Shown in pieces: positions 62,060 through 64,000 of a stretch of DNA of 64,000 nt (its first letter is position 1; every line of letters begins with the position of its first letter). A program made the position numbers and the translations under genes. Under the pieces are notes generated by a model, which did no database searches, was not told the origin of the DNA, and saw only the letters and a program-made list of their open reading frames with translations. The DNA is from Glaucostegus cemiculus (lineage: Eukaryota), in NCBI GenBank assembly GCA_976551045.1, contig CDPCPM010000108.1, forward strand, positions 7,068,001 through 7,132,000, written 5' to 3'.

Positions 62060-63000
62060 GTTTCTATTTTGCAACGTGGTATATCCCATTCATTAACATC
62101 AGGTCAGGTGACTAATCCTGGTTCAGTGAGGAATGCAAAAGAGCATGGTAGGAGCAGCACCAGGCATGTCTAAAAACACAGTGAAGCTGCAGGATAGAAC
62201 TGCAAACTTGTTAAAATGTGAACAGAACCTAGAGATCTCACAACCAATGGATCACTCAAAACTCTTCACCCCTCCTATACTCAGACATGGATGGTGGTGT
62301 ACAAGTAAACTATTATTTCATCATCACAGCTATTTAGCCAGAAATACTGAGTACATACTGGTTTTCTCCTGAGGTCCCCACTATCAAGAATTCAAATCTT
62401 TCCATGCAGTTTTAAGAAATAGCAGAGCATAATGGAGACAGCAATGACCTGATAACTTTCAAGCTGTATTTGTTGAAGAATTGCCTCAGAACTTGTAATC
62501 CCTCCAGTCGAGTTCTTCCTTCAATATGGCACTGGTATCCTTCTAAAATTGTGGAAAGTTGATGATAAAATGGAAAATCACTACCCCAAGCTTCCCTTAA
62601 TCATCAAGTGAGAAATTATATTGTCAACAATGCTATCAAGTGACACTCATGCTACTGGATTCTGCCAGGATCACCCAGCTTCTGAGTGTGCTGCAGACTT
62701 GGTCCAAATGGGGAAAAAAATTGAATTCCAGAAGTGATGTGGGAGTGACTTCTCTTGCAATCAAGGTGCCATTGAGCCAAATATGACTCAAGGAGCTCTA
62801 GTAAAACTGCAATTGATGCATACTGGGGGAGAACTTTCCACTGGCAAGAAGAAATATGGTTGTGGTTATTGGATTCAATCATCCTAAGAAAATCACTGCT
62901 GGAGTTTGTGACGGTAGTGTCCTGGATTTCAACTGCTCCAGTGATGGTGTATCCTCCATTGGAAGCTTGGAAGTGTCTGTACAATATTCAGACATAATAA
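62060..63000 (+). mobile_element. Decayed CR1/Jockey-group LINE fragment
   Basis: cctggttcagtgaggaatgca...ggagcagcaccaggcatgtct and gaaatatggttgtggttattgga...ctgctggagtt blocks are homologous to 23270-24600. Confidence 0.7.
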
Positions 63001-63039
63001 GTTGATTTCATATCATAAAAGAGACAATGACCATTTCTA

Positions 63040-63860
63040 CCCAATGACACTCCACCAGACTGCCACAAATCCAACAGACCACCAGAGTCTTGACTTTTCT
63101 CCAGTGATGTCTGATCAGCAAAAACAATGCTTCATTAGTGAAGCTTCACCAGTGGTCTGCTACATTAGATTTAATGTGACAGCAAAAAGGCCTTCAGCAT
63201 ATGGCTGCTCTGTATGGGTTGCACACAGCACTCATCAGCCCATTATAATTGAATTGCCACTGTCCCAGAGGAGTCAACTTTTGGTTTGTCGTGATGACTT
63301 AAGTGAGCTGGGACACCAGAATGATACAGAATGAAGCTATCATGGCCATAACCTGGATAGTGGGCAGTGACCTGTTTAATTAACTGCCATTGGTTACACA
63401 CCTGGAAGACACAAGGGAGTTGAATCACTTTTGGTTCAGGTGATAAGGAGCAGAGTTGGGATGCAGATACTTGCTAAAAACATTGTTTTTGGAGTCAGTG
63501 GCACCCTGTATCTTGAAGCCAGCAATCCCAAATGAAGCTTTGTGTTTTCTTCACATCTGGTCTTTGACAATAGAGAGTCAGTAACTTCCCTTATATACTG
63601 GTGAACAGAAGAATGCAAAATGTTTGTAAATCTCCAACACTTGCCTAAAGGGAATTAGGCACATGAATGTTCATTGCCATTGCCATCTTCACAGACTCTG
63701 GCAATGCAATCTTTGCTCTGATTTGAAATTGGAATTGTGACTGTAGATTTCAATTAGGTTGTTCTTAGTGAAGTAAAAATGTCTCATTTTATCATTCACT
63801 GAGATTTGGATTGAGAATGGCTTCCTGAATTCTTTGGTCAGACATATTTTCTCCAACTTC
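63040..63860 (-). pseudogene. PIF/Harbinger (HARBI1-like) DDE transposase relic, most of the ORF, disabled
   Basis: Collinear minus-strand motifs: RAKIALPESVKMAMAMN; SSVHQYIREVTDSLL; IAGFKIQGATDS; QVCNQWQLIKQVTAHYPGYGHDSFIL; a GDSG-like block; MKHCFC*SD. Stops and frameshifts are present. Confidence 0.88.
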
Positions 63861-64000
63861 TTTTAAATGCAAGGGTGCAGTTCATTTGGATCAGGGTTGT
63901 GTCCTCAAGTTTTATTAGTTTATCAATTATTTCCCTCTTGAAATCTAATCACTTTCTGTTTTATGTCAACTCTAGTTAGTGTCCCTAGTTAAAGAAGTCA

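Noticed and set aside
60129-64000. PACRG first exon or PRKN bidirectional promoter
   Set aside because: No N-terminal PACRG-like coding sequence or CpG island is visible; it presumably lies beyond the window.

Overview
This is AT-rich, CpG-poor vertebrate genomic DNA, not prokaryotic. The repeat set (HER1-type CR1 LINEs, V-SINEs, Deu/SacSINE1-like SINEs, Penelope-like termini, Rex1, RTE, Harbinger relics) points to a cartilaginous fish, probably a ray or sawfish; that assignment is inference. The only host gene I can support is PACRG (parkin co-regulated gene) on the minus strand. Three internal coding exons are present: 59994-60128 (135 bp), 7340-7511 (172 bp) and 1141-1290 (150 bp, missed by the ORF track). 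They have GT-AG junctions and splice in frame across introns of 52,482 and 6,049 bp. The first and last exons lie outside the window. Nearly all other ORFs are transposon debris or chance. Most worth follow-up: (1) the PACRG copy carries changes at normally conserved residues and may be a paralog; (2) a ~225-bp non-coding element is duplicated 5.1 kb apart with a near-invariant SOX/homeodomain-motif core; (3) several TE-free, motif-dense islands look like conserved enhancers; (4) a 67-nt near-perfect hairpin; (5) V-SINEs with two different LINE-derived tails. I found no convincing new protein-coding system. Repeat boundaries are approximate and were read by eye.
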